Below, piece by piece: positions 23,283-33,590 of a stretch of 64,000 nt of DNA. Numbering within the stretch: the stretch's first letter is position 1; each line of letters starts with the position of its first letter. Both the position numbers and the translations under genes were made by a program. Source of the DNA: Verrucomicrobiota bacterium (GTDB taxonomy: Bacteria > Verrucomicrobiota > Verrucomicrobiia > Limisphaerales > AAA164-E04); contig CP170459.1 of assembly GCA_047947115.1 (NCBI GenBank), forward strand, positions 5,760,001 to 5,824,000. Reading direction: 5' to 3'. The notes under the pieces are model-generated. The model was given only the letters and a program-made list of their open reading frames with translations, made no database searches and was not told where the DNA came from.

Positions 23283-24344
23283 ATGAAACTGAACCTGAAC
23301 AAGGAAATCAAAATACCCACCGCAGCACTGGGAATCAGCACAATCCCCCAAAGCCGGCGCCTTCTGGTCAGTTGCTTCGATGGATCTGTTGTATTGGTGG
23401 ATCCAGACAAGGAATCTTTGGTTCCTCTTGGCACCCACTCGAGCTATGCCTCGGGTGTGATGTCTGTCCTGGAGGGTACCATGGCCGTATCAGCCGGATA
23501 CGACGGCATCCTGCAGTGGCATGACATCGAATCTCAGAAAACAGTGACTGTGGAAAAAGCTCATGATTTCTGGTCATGGCAGCTCAAAGCATCCAACAAC
23601 GGAAAGCTCGTCGCCTCCACCACCGGACAATATTTAAGCGGCGGATATAAATATGAACCAGCTCCCGAAAAAGAGCCTTCCATCAAGGTGTACGACACCG
23701 AAACCACAAAACTGCTCGCATCTTTCAGCCACCTTCCTCCGGTCTTGAGCGTTGCCTTCAGTCCAGACAATCGTTTCCTGGCCGCAGCAAACATGATGGG
23801 TGATATCAGGGTTTGGGACCTTGAATCGAAAGAACTCCTCAATGAATGGAATACTCCCGATTTCACGAGTTGGGGCATCATCAAGAGTCATCACTATATC
23901 GGAGGCATCTTCGATTTAAGCTTCGCACCGGATGGCAAAACCATTCTGGCATGCGGCATGGGACCCATGCGTGATCCGATGGCTGGCAACGGAAAACAAA
24001 CATGGCAGGAATTCGATTGGCAAAAACCCGAACCCGAAAAAATACGTGAAATCATGGACGATGAGCGCGGACGTGGATTAATGGAAACACTATCCTGGCA
24101 TCCTGATAATAAATCTTTCTGCATGGCTGGACGTATGGCCCAAGGAAACTGGAACACCGCACTTTTCGCTCATGAAACCGGTCAAATACTTCAAGGAATT
24201 GACAATAAAACCCGGGTCACAAAATCTGTATTCACAGAAGATGGAAATCAACTGATCCTTGCCGGGGCAAAAAGCCAGGGAGCCCCGGAAAAAGGTAAGT
24301 GGAAGGATTTTGGTAGATTATACATCTACGATGTTGTGCCATAA
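23283..24344 (+). CDS. WD40/beta-propeller protein
   Basis: Repeats such as VLSVAFSPDNRFLA..GDIRVWDL and SAGYDG; usual third gene of DUF1549-DUF1501 modules. Confidence 0.8.
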   Translation: MKLNLNKEIKIPTAALGISTIPQSRRLLVSCFDGSVVLVDPDKESLVPLGTHSSYASGVMSVLEGTMAVSAGYDGILQWHDIESQKTVTVEKAHDFWSWQLKASNNGKLVASTTGQYLSGGYKYEPAPEKEPSIKVYDTETTKLLASFSHLPPVLSVAFSPDNRFLAAANMMGDIRVWDLESKELLNEWNTPDFTSWGIIKSHHYIGGIFDLSFAPDGKTILACGMGPMRDPMAGNGKQTWQEFDWQKPEPEKIREIMDDERGRGLMETLSWHPDNKSFCMAGRMAQGNWNTALFAHETGQILQGIDNKTRVTKSVFTEDGNQLILAGAKSQGAPEKGKWKDFGRLYIYDVVP

Positions 24345-24347
24345 AAA

Positions 24348-24424
24348 TGGCGGGAGCGACGGGACTCGAACCCGCAACCTCTGCCGTGACAGGGCAGCGC
24401 TCTAACCAATTGAGCTACGCCCCC
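24348..24424 (-). tRNA. tRNA-Asp(GTC)
   Basis: GGGGGCGTAGCTCAATTGGTTAGAGCGCTGCCCTGTCACGGCAGAGGTTGCGGGTTCGAGTCCCGTCGCTCCCGCCA; cloverleaf, encoded CCA. Confidence 0.97.
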
Positions 24425-24492
24425 GTTTCAAACGGGAATCGGAATGTATGCGAAATCCACGATGTTCGTCAATAGCTTATTGAAAAATTTCG

Positions 24493-24573
24493 CAAAAAAG
24501 ATTCGAGTAGCAGACGCCAAGGAGGTGGGGGTGGGGAACCCCTCTGAAGAAACGCACCACTACTCGAATCTCT
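24493..24573 (-). ncRNA. Candidate small RNA (~80 nt) with C-rich anti-SD loop
   Basis: 12-bp closing stem (24499-24510/24560-24571), U-tract, upstream sigma70-like promoter; no ORF. Confidence 0.5.
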
Positions 24574-24578
24574 GGTTA

Positions 24579-24606
24579 ATGTTAACAATTGCGTAACACA
24601 TGTCAA
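24579..24606 (-). promoter_or_regulatory. Sigma70-like promoter
   Basis: TTGACA-16 bp-TAACAT with extended -10 TG on minus strand. Confidence 0.6.
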
Positions 24607-24866
24607 CGTTCCGTTGGTCGGGAAGTTGAACCTTTTACATTATTTACATATGAATCCACTAAGCCTGAGCTCCATACAAGCCAGGAGTTTGACAATAGGA
24701 ATGCATTGAGTAAATCAACTGAATGACAATCCCAAGATTGATACCTATTGCCAAAAATGGTTGAGGAATTGAATCCACTGAGGTTTCTTATCCAGACATC
24801 AACTGCACCAGAACCGCGGTGATGCAGATGTGATTCAGCTTTTTCCTTTGCCATCGTAATTAAAAA

Positions 24867-25460
24867 TCACACTGCCAAGAGATGCCTTTGAATCGATTCC
24901 CATTGCATAATGGTCGTAACAATTGTGGCGTCAGTCCAAATAACAAAATCACTCGCTTCCACTTTATGTTTGAGAGATAACTGTGCACCCAATCGCTTTT
25001 GAATGTGAGATTCGTCCCATCCCCTGCTGATCAAACGAGCATGTTGAGTTTTTGAAGAGCATGCCATGGCAATGATCTTGTCGAATCTTTTTTCAACTCC
25101 AGTTTCAAATAACAACGGAATAACCACTACTCCAAACGAAACACCCCTATCATCCCATTGGACCACCATGTTCTCCCAAACTTCGCGAATGCGGGGATGT
25201 AAAATTTGTTCCAGTTGTTTAAGCGAGTGATGATCATTGAAGACTATCCGGGATAACCGTTGCCGATTCAAAGAACCATCTGAAGCACAGACATCCTCAC
25301 CAAACATTTGTTTCACCAGATCAAAGGCAGGTTGACCAGGAACCAATAGTTCTCGGGAGATATCATCAGTGTCGATGACCGGCACATTCTCTGTTAAAAG
25401 GTGGCGAGTCAAAAAGCTTTTACCACAACCAATGCTTCCGGTTAATCCAACTAATTTCAT
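24867..25460 (-). CDS. coaE: Dephospho-CoA kinase
   Basis: GLTGSIGCGKS, VIDTD, LEQILHPRI, IPLLFE. Confidence 0.92.
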   Translation of the reverse strand: MKLVGLTGSIGCGKSFLTRHLLTENVPVIDTDDISRELLVPGQPAFDLVKQMFGEDVCASDGSLNRQRLSRIVFNDHHSLKQLEQILHPRIREVWENMVVQWDDRGVSFGVVVIPLLFETGVEKRFDKIIAMACSSKTQHARLISRGWDESHIQKRLGAQLSLKHKVEASDFVIWTDATIVTTIMQWESIQRHLLAV

Positions 25461-25463
25461 AAC

Positions 25464-25494
25464 AAAAAAAGGAACCGCCGCGGCGGTTCCTTTT
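25464..25494. terminator. Intrinsic terminator (perfect palindrome, potentially bidirectional) after the subtilase gene
   Basis: AAAAGGAACCGCCGCGGCGGTTCCTTTT; T7 tract on minus strand. Confidence 0.85.
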
Positions 25495-25516
25495 GCAAAG
25501 TCAAATTTAAATATCC

Positions 25517-28500
25517 TTACTCGGATACCGCTCTGAAGAACGACTGGGACTTGCCGCCATTTTCAACACCTCGAACCTGAAGTCTACCTTCATGATTGGT
25601 TCGACCATTGTAAATCTGCTGCCACTTGTCCAATCCTTTCGATGTTTCAAGGATATATACCTGATCGGGTTGTCCGACGATTTCAAAATCAAGACCTCCT
25701 TGATCACCTTGAGAAACATACACAGAGGCGGTTTGTTGAGGTGCTGACACGATTTCCAAAGGAAGATCGATATTATCCAAGAAAACGGCATCCTTGCCTT
25801 CGCTATTGGAAAAATCTTTCACGTATCGCCATTCAAGCAAATGTTCGCCGGCATCAATGAGAAATTCAAATCGTTGCCACTCGAGATCGCCTGACCATTC
25901 ATTAACCAGCCGTCCGTCAATAAGGAAAGAAACCACATCCCAACCTTCCTCAGTGCTGACCTTGATATCAAATTTGCCCCGTCCTCCTGAAAAGTTTTGA
26001 CGGAGACTCAAGGTAGTCGTTTGGCCATGGCCAATTGAACCTGACATCAGTGAATAACTACCCGTGAAGCTTTCGGCGTCGGTGACTGTCCAGTTAGCAC
26101 CCTCACTCTGGAATGGCTGGGAAATGACCCCTGACTCAAAGTTATCACTCACCGTGATGGGTAAAAACTGAGCCTGCACCTCGAGATTCGAATCGATTAC
26201 CAAATTCAGTGGATTATCAGTGGAATCCACACTTCCTGCCCAACCGGCAAACTGAAATCCAGCATCAGGAACTGCTGTTAGCAAAACCTCAGAGCCGACG
26301 CCAAACAGTCCGGAAGCACCATCGATAACGCCTCCCTCACCGGCAATCAATATCAACTCACGTAGTTCGGTCGGTGTGTATTGGTAACGGATTCCAAAAC
26401 TACCACCGGCGCCACCAAACCCGTCAATCACTATCCAATATTGTTTACCAGCTTCCAACGCCTGGGTAATTCTGCTTCCTGAGCTGCTTGGTGTTGCGTC
26501 ATCATTGGAGGCGACAGCAACAAGATCAACAACCTTGGAACCGGTATAGATGGCCATTAAAGTGTCAAATCGTCCTCGGCGAACAGCTATGTCGATCTGC
26601 CCATCAGCTTCAGGAGTATAAGTATACCACATCGAACGTCCACCTGCGTTTCCTGCATGAAATGGCTCACCAAATTGTTTGGTTGCATTGGAACTGTCTC
26701 CTTCAATATCCCCCTCAAGTCCCTCCAAAACCAATGCATTTTTCAAATGATCATTAACCGGGTCCGAAACGACATATGAAACAAACACTTTAGAAATCTC
26801 AGATCGATTCCCTGCAAAATCAACTGCTTGTGCTTGGATGGTATTTAAACCTGGAACCAAATAGGCAATGGTTTCCCAATCTGATACGCCTTTGGCTGAA
26901 CCACCCGAAATCTCGCCGTTAACCCGTAATTGCACCTCCTGAACACCTGAAGCGCTGGGTTCCGGATCAAATGAATAACCCTTGATCACAATTTGCTGTT
27001 GTGAGCTGATGAGTCCACTTGATGGGGATTGTATTTTAACTACAGGTGCCATTAAATCAGGAGTTCCGTTTGGCTGGATGCGAAGACGGATAGTTCCTGA
27101 AGAAGTTTCATCGTGACTTGCCACAACAATCCGGTAACTGGCACCTTTGGTTACATTAAGGTTGAGGAAACCTGCCTTGCGTGATCCACTGTTGTCCACA
27201 CTGCCAACCTCCCGAAGACTATTGAGCTCATTGCCCTCGTAAACAGCCAATATAGTGTCAAAACCACTACCGGCAGTGTCAAGAATAACGGGACCAGAGA
27301 CTGCTGGAGACCAGCTCCACCACAATGAGTGGTCTGAGAAAAAGAATCCACCGTGTGCTGGTTCGTCCTCTTCTTTCGTAGCAAACTGATTATTGGTAAT
27401 GAACCTGCCACCAGAAGGGGACACCTTGGTTGCTAAACGAAAATCATCATTAGATGGGGAGGGAACAAGTATATAAGTTAAAGATATTTCTACAGGAGCT
27501 TTACCTTCTGCCTCCACCCTGACCACCATATCGTATTCGCCTGTATTACCCGGTAAATTAATGTTGGCACTGTAAATGGCGTCTCCTGCCTTAATGTCAG
27601 GAGCAGCTCCGTCATTGGCAAAGGTTGTAACTGTCCCGTCGGGACCTGATGCGGTAACTGTGGCATCGGGAATTCCAATCAAGTCGGTTACACGAACAAA
27701 AACAGGTTGTGCTGAACCGGTTAGCAAAACAGATTGAGAAGGTGGTGTCACCGAAGCTTCTAATGTCCCATCCGGTTCTACCTGAAGAGCATTCCATGCG
27801 TTAAGACGACCTCCGGTGGAAACTTTACTCAAAAAAGCTGAAGATTTCACAGCGGAACTAAGTATCCGTTCCTTTAATTCTGCAGCTTGCGAATCTGGAA
27901 AGACAGATTTGATAAGTGCCGCAACACCGGATACGTAAGGCGCTGCAAAACTGGTTCCGTCAAGAATATCGTAATCCTCGTCTGGAGCGACAGTTGTTGA
28001 TCCGGTTCCGGTGCCAATGTTGCCAGCTTCATCCCCGCTTCCCGCAACATGAATTTCGCTACCTGGAGCCGCAATATCGACAGATGTCACACCATAATTT
28101 GAAAAATCAGCAAGAAGATCATGTCGATCAGAGGCTGCGACGGAAATGATGTTGTCGATTTCGTAGTTTGATGGGAAATGGGTAAAAATATCGTTGTTAA
28201 GACCGTCATTACCGGCTGCAGCTACAAAAAGCACTCCGTTTTCCTGCGCCAAAGCAATGGCATCAAAGAGACCTTGACCATAAGATCCCCCACCCCAGCT
28301 GGCGTTGATAATGTGAGCGCCCATTCGAACAGCGTATTCGATGGATTCAATCAAATCGGAGTCCTGACCACCGAAAGGGCCCAGGGCTTTGCATGCCATA
28401 AGCTGGACTTCCCAAGCAACACCCACAACATCTTTGTCGTCTGCAGAAGCTCCGATAATGGAAGCAACGGCGGTTCCGTGATCTTCGACATCCAATGGAT

Positions 28501-29257
28501 CACCAGTGTCATTCACTGCATTGATGCCATAAATATCATCCACCCATCCGTTGAAATCATCATCAAGCCCATTCCCTGGAATTTCACCGGAATTGACCCA
28601 CATGTTGGCAACCAATTCCTGATGAGTATAACGTATGCCTGTGTCGATAACGGCGACCAACACATCTTTGGATCCTGTTGTAATATCCCATGCTAGATCA
28701 GCATCAATATCAGCATTTTCCACACCTCCGCTCTCACCAGTGTTTTTCAAACCCCAAAGTCGGCCATCTACGTATGCTGGATCTTCTGCATCTTTATATA
28801 TACGACGAATAAAATTAGGCTCTACGTATTGGAACAAGCCAGATTGTTTCAGAACATCAATTCGTGCTTGCAAGTCCTCTGCCTGCTGCTCCTTGTTAAC
28901 CCCGGGACGATATCCCGCTCTGGGAGCATTGTGATTCACGGCAACATCCAAAAGGACTAATCCGGGGATACCTGGATATTGGCGACCAACCACCGAACCG
29001 GACTCCTGCAAGGCGGATCTAACGTCAGCGGATGTAAGCGCGCTTGTGTTATGATTGTTAAGCCTGGCCAATATGCGTGTGGGATGAACTTCGCCACCGT
29101 TTAAGGATATCCAAGGGGAACCTTCCTGTGCATTGGCAATCATACACATTACATAAAAAGTGAAGATCCCAGTTGTTAAAAACTTCATACCCTGTGTGCT
29201 TAGCCTTTTAAGAGAGTTTTTCATTATTATTTCAGGCAATCCGGATTGGCTCCTCAT
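25517..29257 (-). CDS. Secreted multidomain S8 subtilisin-like protease
   Basis: VAVIDTG, HGTAVA, AAAGN, GTSFAAP triad/oxyanion; two repeated ND..A...EP.H...FDT.LAVY.G domains, Ig-like and InlB-B-like repeat; C-terminal ...FFRAV domain. Confidence 0.88.
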   Translation of the reverse strand: MRSQSGLPEIIMKNSLKRLSTQGMKFLTTGIFTFYVMCMIANAQEGSPWISLNGGEVHPTRILARLNNHNTSALTSADVRSALQESGSVVGRQYPGIPGLVLLDVAVNHNAPRAGYRPGVNKEQQAEDLQARIDVLKQSGLFQYVEPNFIRRIYKDAEDPAYVDGRLWGLKNTGESGGVENADIDADLAWDITTGSKDVLVAVIDTGIRYTHQELVANMWVNSGEIPGNGLDDDFNGWVDDIYGINAVNDTGDPLDVEDHGTAVASIIGASADDKDVVGVAWEVQLMACKALGPFGGQDSDLIESIEYAVRMGAHIINASWGGGSYGQGLFDAIALAQENGVLFVAAAGNDGLNNDIFTHFPSNYEIDNIISVAASDRHDLLADFSNYGVTSVDIAAPGSEIHVAGSGDEAGNIGTGTGSTTVAPDEDYDILDGTSFAAPYVSGVAALIKSVFPDSQAAELKERILSSAVKSSAFLSKVSTGGRLNAWNALQVEPDGTLEASVTPPSQSVLLTGSAQPVFVRVTDLIGIPDATVTASGPDGTVTTFANDGAAPDIKAGDAIYSANINLPGNTGEYDMVVRVEAEGKAPVEISLTYILVPSPSNDDFRLATKVSPSGGRFITNNQFATKEEDEPAHGGFFFSDHSLWWSWSPAVSGPVILDTAGSGFDTILAVYEGNELNSLREVGSVDNSGSRKAGFLNLNVTKGASYRIVVASHDETSSGTIRLRIQPNGTPDLMAPVVKIQSPSSGLISSQQQIVIKGYSFDPEPSASGVQEVQLRVNGEISGGSAKGVSDWETIAYLVPGLNTIQAQAVDFAGNRSEISKVFVSYVVSDPVNDHLKNALVLEGLEGDIEGDSSNATKQFGEPFHAGNAGGRSMWYTYTPEADGQIDIAVRRGRFDTLMAIYTGSKVVDLVAVASNDDATPSSSGSRITQALEAGKQYWIVIDGFGGAGGSFGIRYQYTPTELRELILIAGEGGVIDGASGLFGVGSEVLLTAVPDAGFQFAGWAGSVDSTDNPLNLVIDSNLEVQAQFLPITVSDNFESGVISQPFQSEGANWTVTDAESFTGSYSLMSGSIGHGQTTTLSLRQNFSGGRGKFDIKVSTEEGWDVVSFLIDGRLVNEWSGDLEWQRFEFLIDAGEHLLEWRYVKDFSNSEGKDAVFLDNIDLPLEIVSAPQQTASVYVSQGDQGGLDFEIVGQPDQVYILETSKGLDKWQQIYNGRTNHEGRLQVRGVENGGKSQSFFRAVSE

Positions 29258-32079
29258 GGTGCATAACTGACCCGATAGAACCTACCGTGAATATCGGATC
29301 CTACATTATCTTCTACGCTGATGACCTGTCGTTCACGAGATGGATTTGAAACTGATTTCAAATAATTCCAACCCTGTTCAAAAATGTCATTCTTGAACTC
29401 AACTTTATAGGTTGTACTACCAGCAGCCATCCAAGAAATGCTGGCTGTTTGTTGAGCACCATTATCGACGCTTATTTCATTCAGTACGACCCCGTCGAAA
29501 GGGTTCACATCAAGACCGTTAGCAACACCATCCCCATCATCATCAAGAATCAGGCTTTCCTTACGTGCCTGGTTGACCAAAATTGAGGTTCCGTCCGATA
29601 ATACGACAGGAACTCCACTTAGAGGACCGGCATACTCGGGAACCCATTGAAGTTTTCCTCCAAAAGCGCCGTCCAGCTCCTCGACAGGTATGTTGGAACT
29701 TGCAAAATAAATCATCATACCCTCTTCAATGGACACTGTGCTTTGCCAGTTTTCAGCAAAATTGTCATTGAACAGCAATCTATCCACGTAAATGGCCGCA
29801 CTACCACCTCCGGAGGAGAATTTAGCTTTTGCACCGATAGGTCCTTCGATAACCAATGTGCCGATGGCAGAATTATTTTTAAAACCTGACACAGATCTAC
29901 CCAAGTCCCGGCTTTTCCAAATGTGGCTCACATTGGCAAATCTGGGAATGTTACTTTCCAACCTAGTTCCCAATAAATCACCGTTTGCAGGAGTTTGTAG
30001 CATTTGGAATCCATTATTAACCCGTATATTGTTGTTAGCATTCGGCCCTGAATCGGTCAATGTACCGGTGATATCCAAAAATAATTTGGAAGATGTATCT
30101 ATTTGGTTGTCTCGCAACTTGAAATTTGTTCCTTTCAAAACTAAATCTCTACCGGCTCCCACCGTTCCAGATTCTAATTTGCCATCAACTGCCTCAATTT
30201 CGACTCTACCACCGCTGGCAATCAAACCGGTGTTCTCGAAATAATCAGCTTTAAATCTCTGACTGAAAGCGACCACTGCACCATTGTTGATAAAGGAATC
30301 CAGTCCATCATCGATATCTGAACCATATTCGGCGAGCTCGTTTACGCTTAACGCTCCGTTCACTGTAATGTTGCGCGTTTCCGGCCAATTGGATTTGCCC
30401 AGTTGCTCGATGTGACCAAAGAAGTTTAATTCAGAATCCACGGTGAGATTCTCGGATTTAACCTGAAATGATTGAATGACGTTTAGATCATCTCCAATAA
30501 CAACGTCCGTGGCTTCAGCAACCAATTCATGTGTCAAGACATTGGCACGCGTCCTTAGCTGAGTGGCGTCAATGACAGTCATGTGGTAAAAATATGTAAT
30601 GACATTCGTGGTCATTGTCGGCTCAGCAGCAGGATCCTCTGCGGGCGTTTCTATTACGATACCAGACAAGTTTGTCCAAACGGTACTATAAGCGTAAATT
30701 TCGCCACTGAATCGATCAACCTGCGGCTTTGAAACACCGGTCATATCGAGCACACCGTTTGTGGATGCCAAACTGTAACTGATATTTTGAACATCAATTG
30801 CAGAGTTGGCTGTGTTGACCAAGTGCTTGGTGTTTACACTGATTAAACCTTCGCCTCGAATACGCGTCCCGTTTAAATCCAAAACATCGGCGTTGATTTC
30901 GACTCTCCCAGGCTGACTCTCCGATGCGGGTATCCTAGCAGAAGTGATATCTCGTTCTGTAGAACTTTCCACCAGCGCTGCATAAGCTGCATAGAAGTTG
31001 GTTACAATCGTATTTGAGAAACTGGCATTGTAAAGCAGATCAGGAGATAGCTCAGCGTTTGGTAAAGTACCATCGGACCAGCTGTAATCCTGGGTAAATG
31101 GTGCAATACGTGAGAGAGAATACGTGGAAGGTTTGTATGTGGGCTCATTTCCATTCTGCTGGAAAACAAGATTTGTATCCCAAGCCAGTGTATCCGTCAT
31201 GTAGAGAGTAAACAGATCAGAGCTACCAGTAACAACGTTGGTTAATGGAACGCTGTATTCAATCATGGCTGTACTGATATTGTTAGTAACAGGACTTGTG
31301 TCAAAACGAACCTGAGTCTGAATTCTACTGTCTCCCAAGGCTGAAAAAACAGCTTGTACGATGATATTTGTTTCTGTAATAGCATTGGAGATGATAAAGG
31401 CATCCGCACCTTGCAATGCTACAGTGGCAAATTGTGGAAACAAAGCAGTGTTTGTTACTTGATGACCAGGAGAAATGATATTGGCACTGCTACCTACAAC
31501 ATTTAGAAAACCGGACGAATCAACTAAACCATTTGTCAGGCCACCCCAATATTGATCAAATACACCAGCTTCGGGATTAAAATTTGTCCCAAAAGAAGAT
31601 GAACCAGTTCCCCGTAAGGGGGCAACGAGTAAACCACCATCACTTAAATCGACGTGGTCACCGTTAATGCTCAATAATCCAGATGAACCGACGGAAATAA
31701 GTCCGTGGTTTTGAATATTGGTGGCATTCACAACGACTCGATTGGGAGTGTTGGAAAGAGCATTCACTTGAGCCCCCACTCCATTAAAAAATGAACTGGC
31801 TTTCGAATGTGCTCCACCGTCGCTGATATGTTCAAAAATAAAACCAGCTTGACTGTTCATCACGCCATAATTGGTATAGTTTAGCGTGTTTTGAGTATCG
31901 AATGGCAGGGGTGAAGAAAACTCGGAAAAAGATCCTTGATTTATGAAAGTAACCGCATTGACAGGGAGATCATCGAGTGCATCGACAAATCCCTTATTGA
32001 TATATACATCTTGCGGTTGTGCCGAGGCGTTTAAACCACCGGCTAACATGAGTAACACCCATTTATTAATCAACTTCAT
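29254..32079 (-). CDS. Large exported hypothetical protein, beta-helix/adhesin-like with DDDGDG Ca-binding motif
   Basis: Signal peptide, N/T/G-rich repeats (NATNIQNHGLI, FENTGLIASGG), C-terminal ...RFYRV domain. Confidence 0.7.
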   Translation of the reverse strand: MKLINKWVLLMLAGGLNASAQPQDVYINKGFVDALDDLPVNAVTFINQGSFSEFSSPLPFDTQNTLNYTNYGVMNSQAGFIFEHISDGGAHSKASSFFNGVGAQVNALSNTPNRVVVNATNIQNHGLISVGSSGLLSINGDHVDLSDGGLLVAPLRGTGSSSFGTNFNPEAGVFDQYWGGLTNGLVDSSGFLNVVGSSANIISPGHQVTNTALFPQFATVALQGADAFIISNAITETNIIVQAVFSALGDSRIQTQVRFDTSPVTNNISTAMIEYSVPLTNVVTGSSDLFTLYMTDTLAWDTNLVFQQNGNEPTYKPSTYSLSRIAPFTQDYSWSDGTLPNAELSPDLLYNASFSNTIVTNFYAAYAALVESSTERDITSARIPASESQPGRVEINADVLDLNGTRIRGEGLISVNTKHLVNTANSAIDVQNISYSLASTNGVLDMTGVSKPQVDRFSGEIYAYSTVWTNLSGIVIETPAEDPAAEPTMTTNVITYFYHMTVIDATQLRTRANVLTHELVAEATDVVIGDDLNVIQSFQVKSENLTVDSELNFFGHIEQLGKSNWPETRNITVNGALSVNELAEYGSDIDDGLDSFINNGAVVAFSQRFKADYFENTGLIASGGRVEIEAVDGKLESGTVGAGRDLVLKGTNFKLRDNQIDTSSKLFLDITGTLTDSGPNANNNIRVNNGFQMLQTPANGDLLGTRLESNIPRFANVSHIWKSRDLGRSVSGFKNNSAIGTLVIEGPIGAKAKFSSGGGSAAIYVDRLLFNDNFAENWQSTVSIEEGMMIYFASSNIPVEELDGAFGGKLQWVPEYAGPLSGVPVVLSDGTSILVNQARKESLILDDDGDGVANGLDVNPFDGVVLNEISVDNGAQQTASISWMAAGSTTYKVEFKNDIFEQGWNYLKSVSNPSRERQVISVEDNVGSDIHGRFYRVSYAP

Positions 32080-32106
32080 ATGCAAACAAAATTCCTTGAA
32101 AGGAAA

Positions 32107-33582
32107 TTATCGAGAAAAAATCAGACTTTCCAATGCCTCTAGATCTGCCCCTTGTGGAAATACGACAGGATCATTGGTTGTCCCATCAAATGCTCCCCAC
32201 ATTTGCCAGCTAACTGCTCCAAAAGTGCCATTTTCCAGATAGGCACCAGTAGCATCGACAACTCCATTCCAAAAAGGAGTAACCGTATTGAACGTTAACG
32301 TAGCACCTCCAATAATCCCTGGTCCATCGTCATCACCAGTTGTTCCATCAAATGTGTCACTATTGATCCAGTTGACATTGCCAAGTGCCAATGGAGTGTA
32401 AGTCACCGGATCCTGGGCGAAAGCTCCTTGTAAATCCCGAGCGTCAAATCTAAGATCTGGCTGGATCAAATTACGAATCAACCTCTGTGATCTCCGCACT
32501 CCATTGGTAACGTAGTTGTCGGTAAAATTAACCGTCATTGGCGTAAAAAATTCACCCAGTAGGGAATCATAATTGGCTTCCACAAAATCCAGGACACCAA
32601 TACCACCCCTAACAGCAGGGTTGATAAAAGTTGTCGTTCCGGCACCCGCACCACCAGCTGGTTGGGTTCCAGTTGTTACGGTAGCGACTGCATTGGTTGC
32701 AATAACGGCTGAATCATAAGCCCCGCCCCCCGAACCACCGGGAAATCCGCTGTAGTCATAAATGCCCCCACCACCAACAGCACCACCACCGCCAGCAACG
32801 ACACCGCCAGTGCCGGTCACATCAGGAATCGACGTTTCCATGTTGTAGTTTTTGGGATTGTAGAGATACTTTATGCCTCCGACATCATCACGGCTGAGGC
32901 TGGAGATGTAGAGACCTGATAGCAGTTCAACAGGACCACTACGAGCGGCGGAAGCAGGTGTAGTTGTAGTAAAAAACCTCTCAGAAGGATCTACCGGGAA
33001 GACAGACGGACAACCTTGCCGATTATAAGTGTAAAGGGTACCGTTGACATACGGACTCATTAAATAAGTCACCGGATCAAAATTCCGGACAGTGAGGTAG
33101 TATTCAACAACAGCACCATTTTGAATCCACGCATTTCTTGGCGCATAAACGTAGGCTGTTGGATCTTCCAAACCTAGGGCACGCATGGTGCTTTGGATTG
33201 CAATTGATTTGACATCCATCAACCCTAAGGCGCGCGCACGGTGATTGATCCTCATACTCTGAGTTGGATAATCATCGATATTGAGTGCATCGGCACTGGG
33301 CAATTCATCAAGAACAGCTATGGCCTTTTGAATTTCCTCTACACCACGCGCACCAAAAAAACTCGCGAAGTCGGAAGTAACACCGTAAGTGATAATGGGA
33401 ACGTTAAACCGGTATTCCTCATCAATGTTCATCGGCCCGGTAAGACCACTATAACACGCATTGCTAGAGGGAATTGCCTCAGACATCCAAGGGGGTCGAG
33501 GACCTGCCAGCGAGAAGGCGTTTGTGTCACTGGTAGAAACCAGAAGAACAGTCAAAGCTACTAAATTGAAAAATCTTGTCAT
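32107..33582 (-). CDS. Exported hypothetical protein with degenerate matrixin-like region
   Basis: Signal peptide (..TNA/FSL), DVKSIAIQSTMRALGLED and LSRDDVGGIKYLY segments, Gly/Thr-rich linker. Confidence 0.65.
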   Translation of the reverse strand: MTRFFNLVALTVLLVSTSDTNAFSLAGPRPPWMSEAIPSSNACYSGLTGPMNIDEEYRFNVPIITYGVTSDFASFFGARGVEEIQKAIAVLDELPSADALNIDDYPTQSMRINHRARALGLMDVKSIAIQSTMRALGLEDPTAYVYAPRNAWIQNGAVVEYYLTVRNFDPVTYLMSPYVNGTLYTYNRQGCPSVFPVDPSERFFTTTTPASAARSGPVELLSGLYISSLSRDDVGGIKYLYNPKNYNMETSIPDVTGTGGVVAGGGGAVGGGGIYDYSGFPGGSGGGAYDSAVIATNAVATVTTGTQPAGGAGAGTTTFINPAVRGGIGVLDFVEANYDSLLGEFFTPMTVNFTDNYVTNGVRRSQRLIRNLIQPDLRFDARDLQGAFAQDPVTYTPLALGNVNWINSDTFDGTTGDDDGPGIIGGATLTFNTVTPFWNGVVDATGAYLENGTFGAVSWQMWGAFDGTTNDPVVFPQGADLEALESLIFSR

Positions 33583-33590
33583 AGTTTGTA

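Noticed and set aside
24603..24854. 83-aa ORF (MAKEKAES...) just downstream of coaE
   Set aside because: Plausible position but no recognisable motif and an atypical composition; left uncalled
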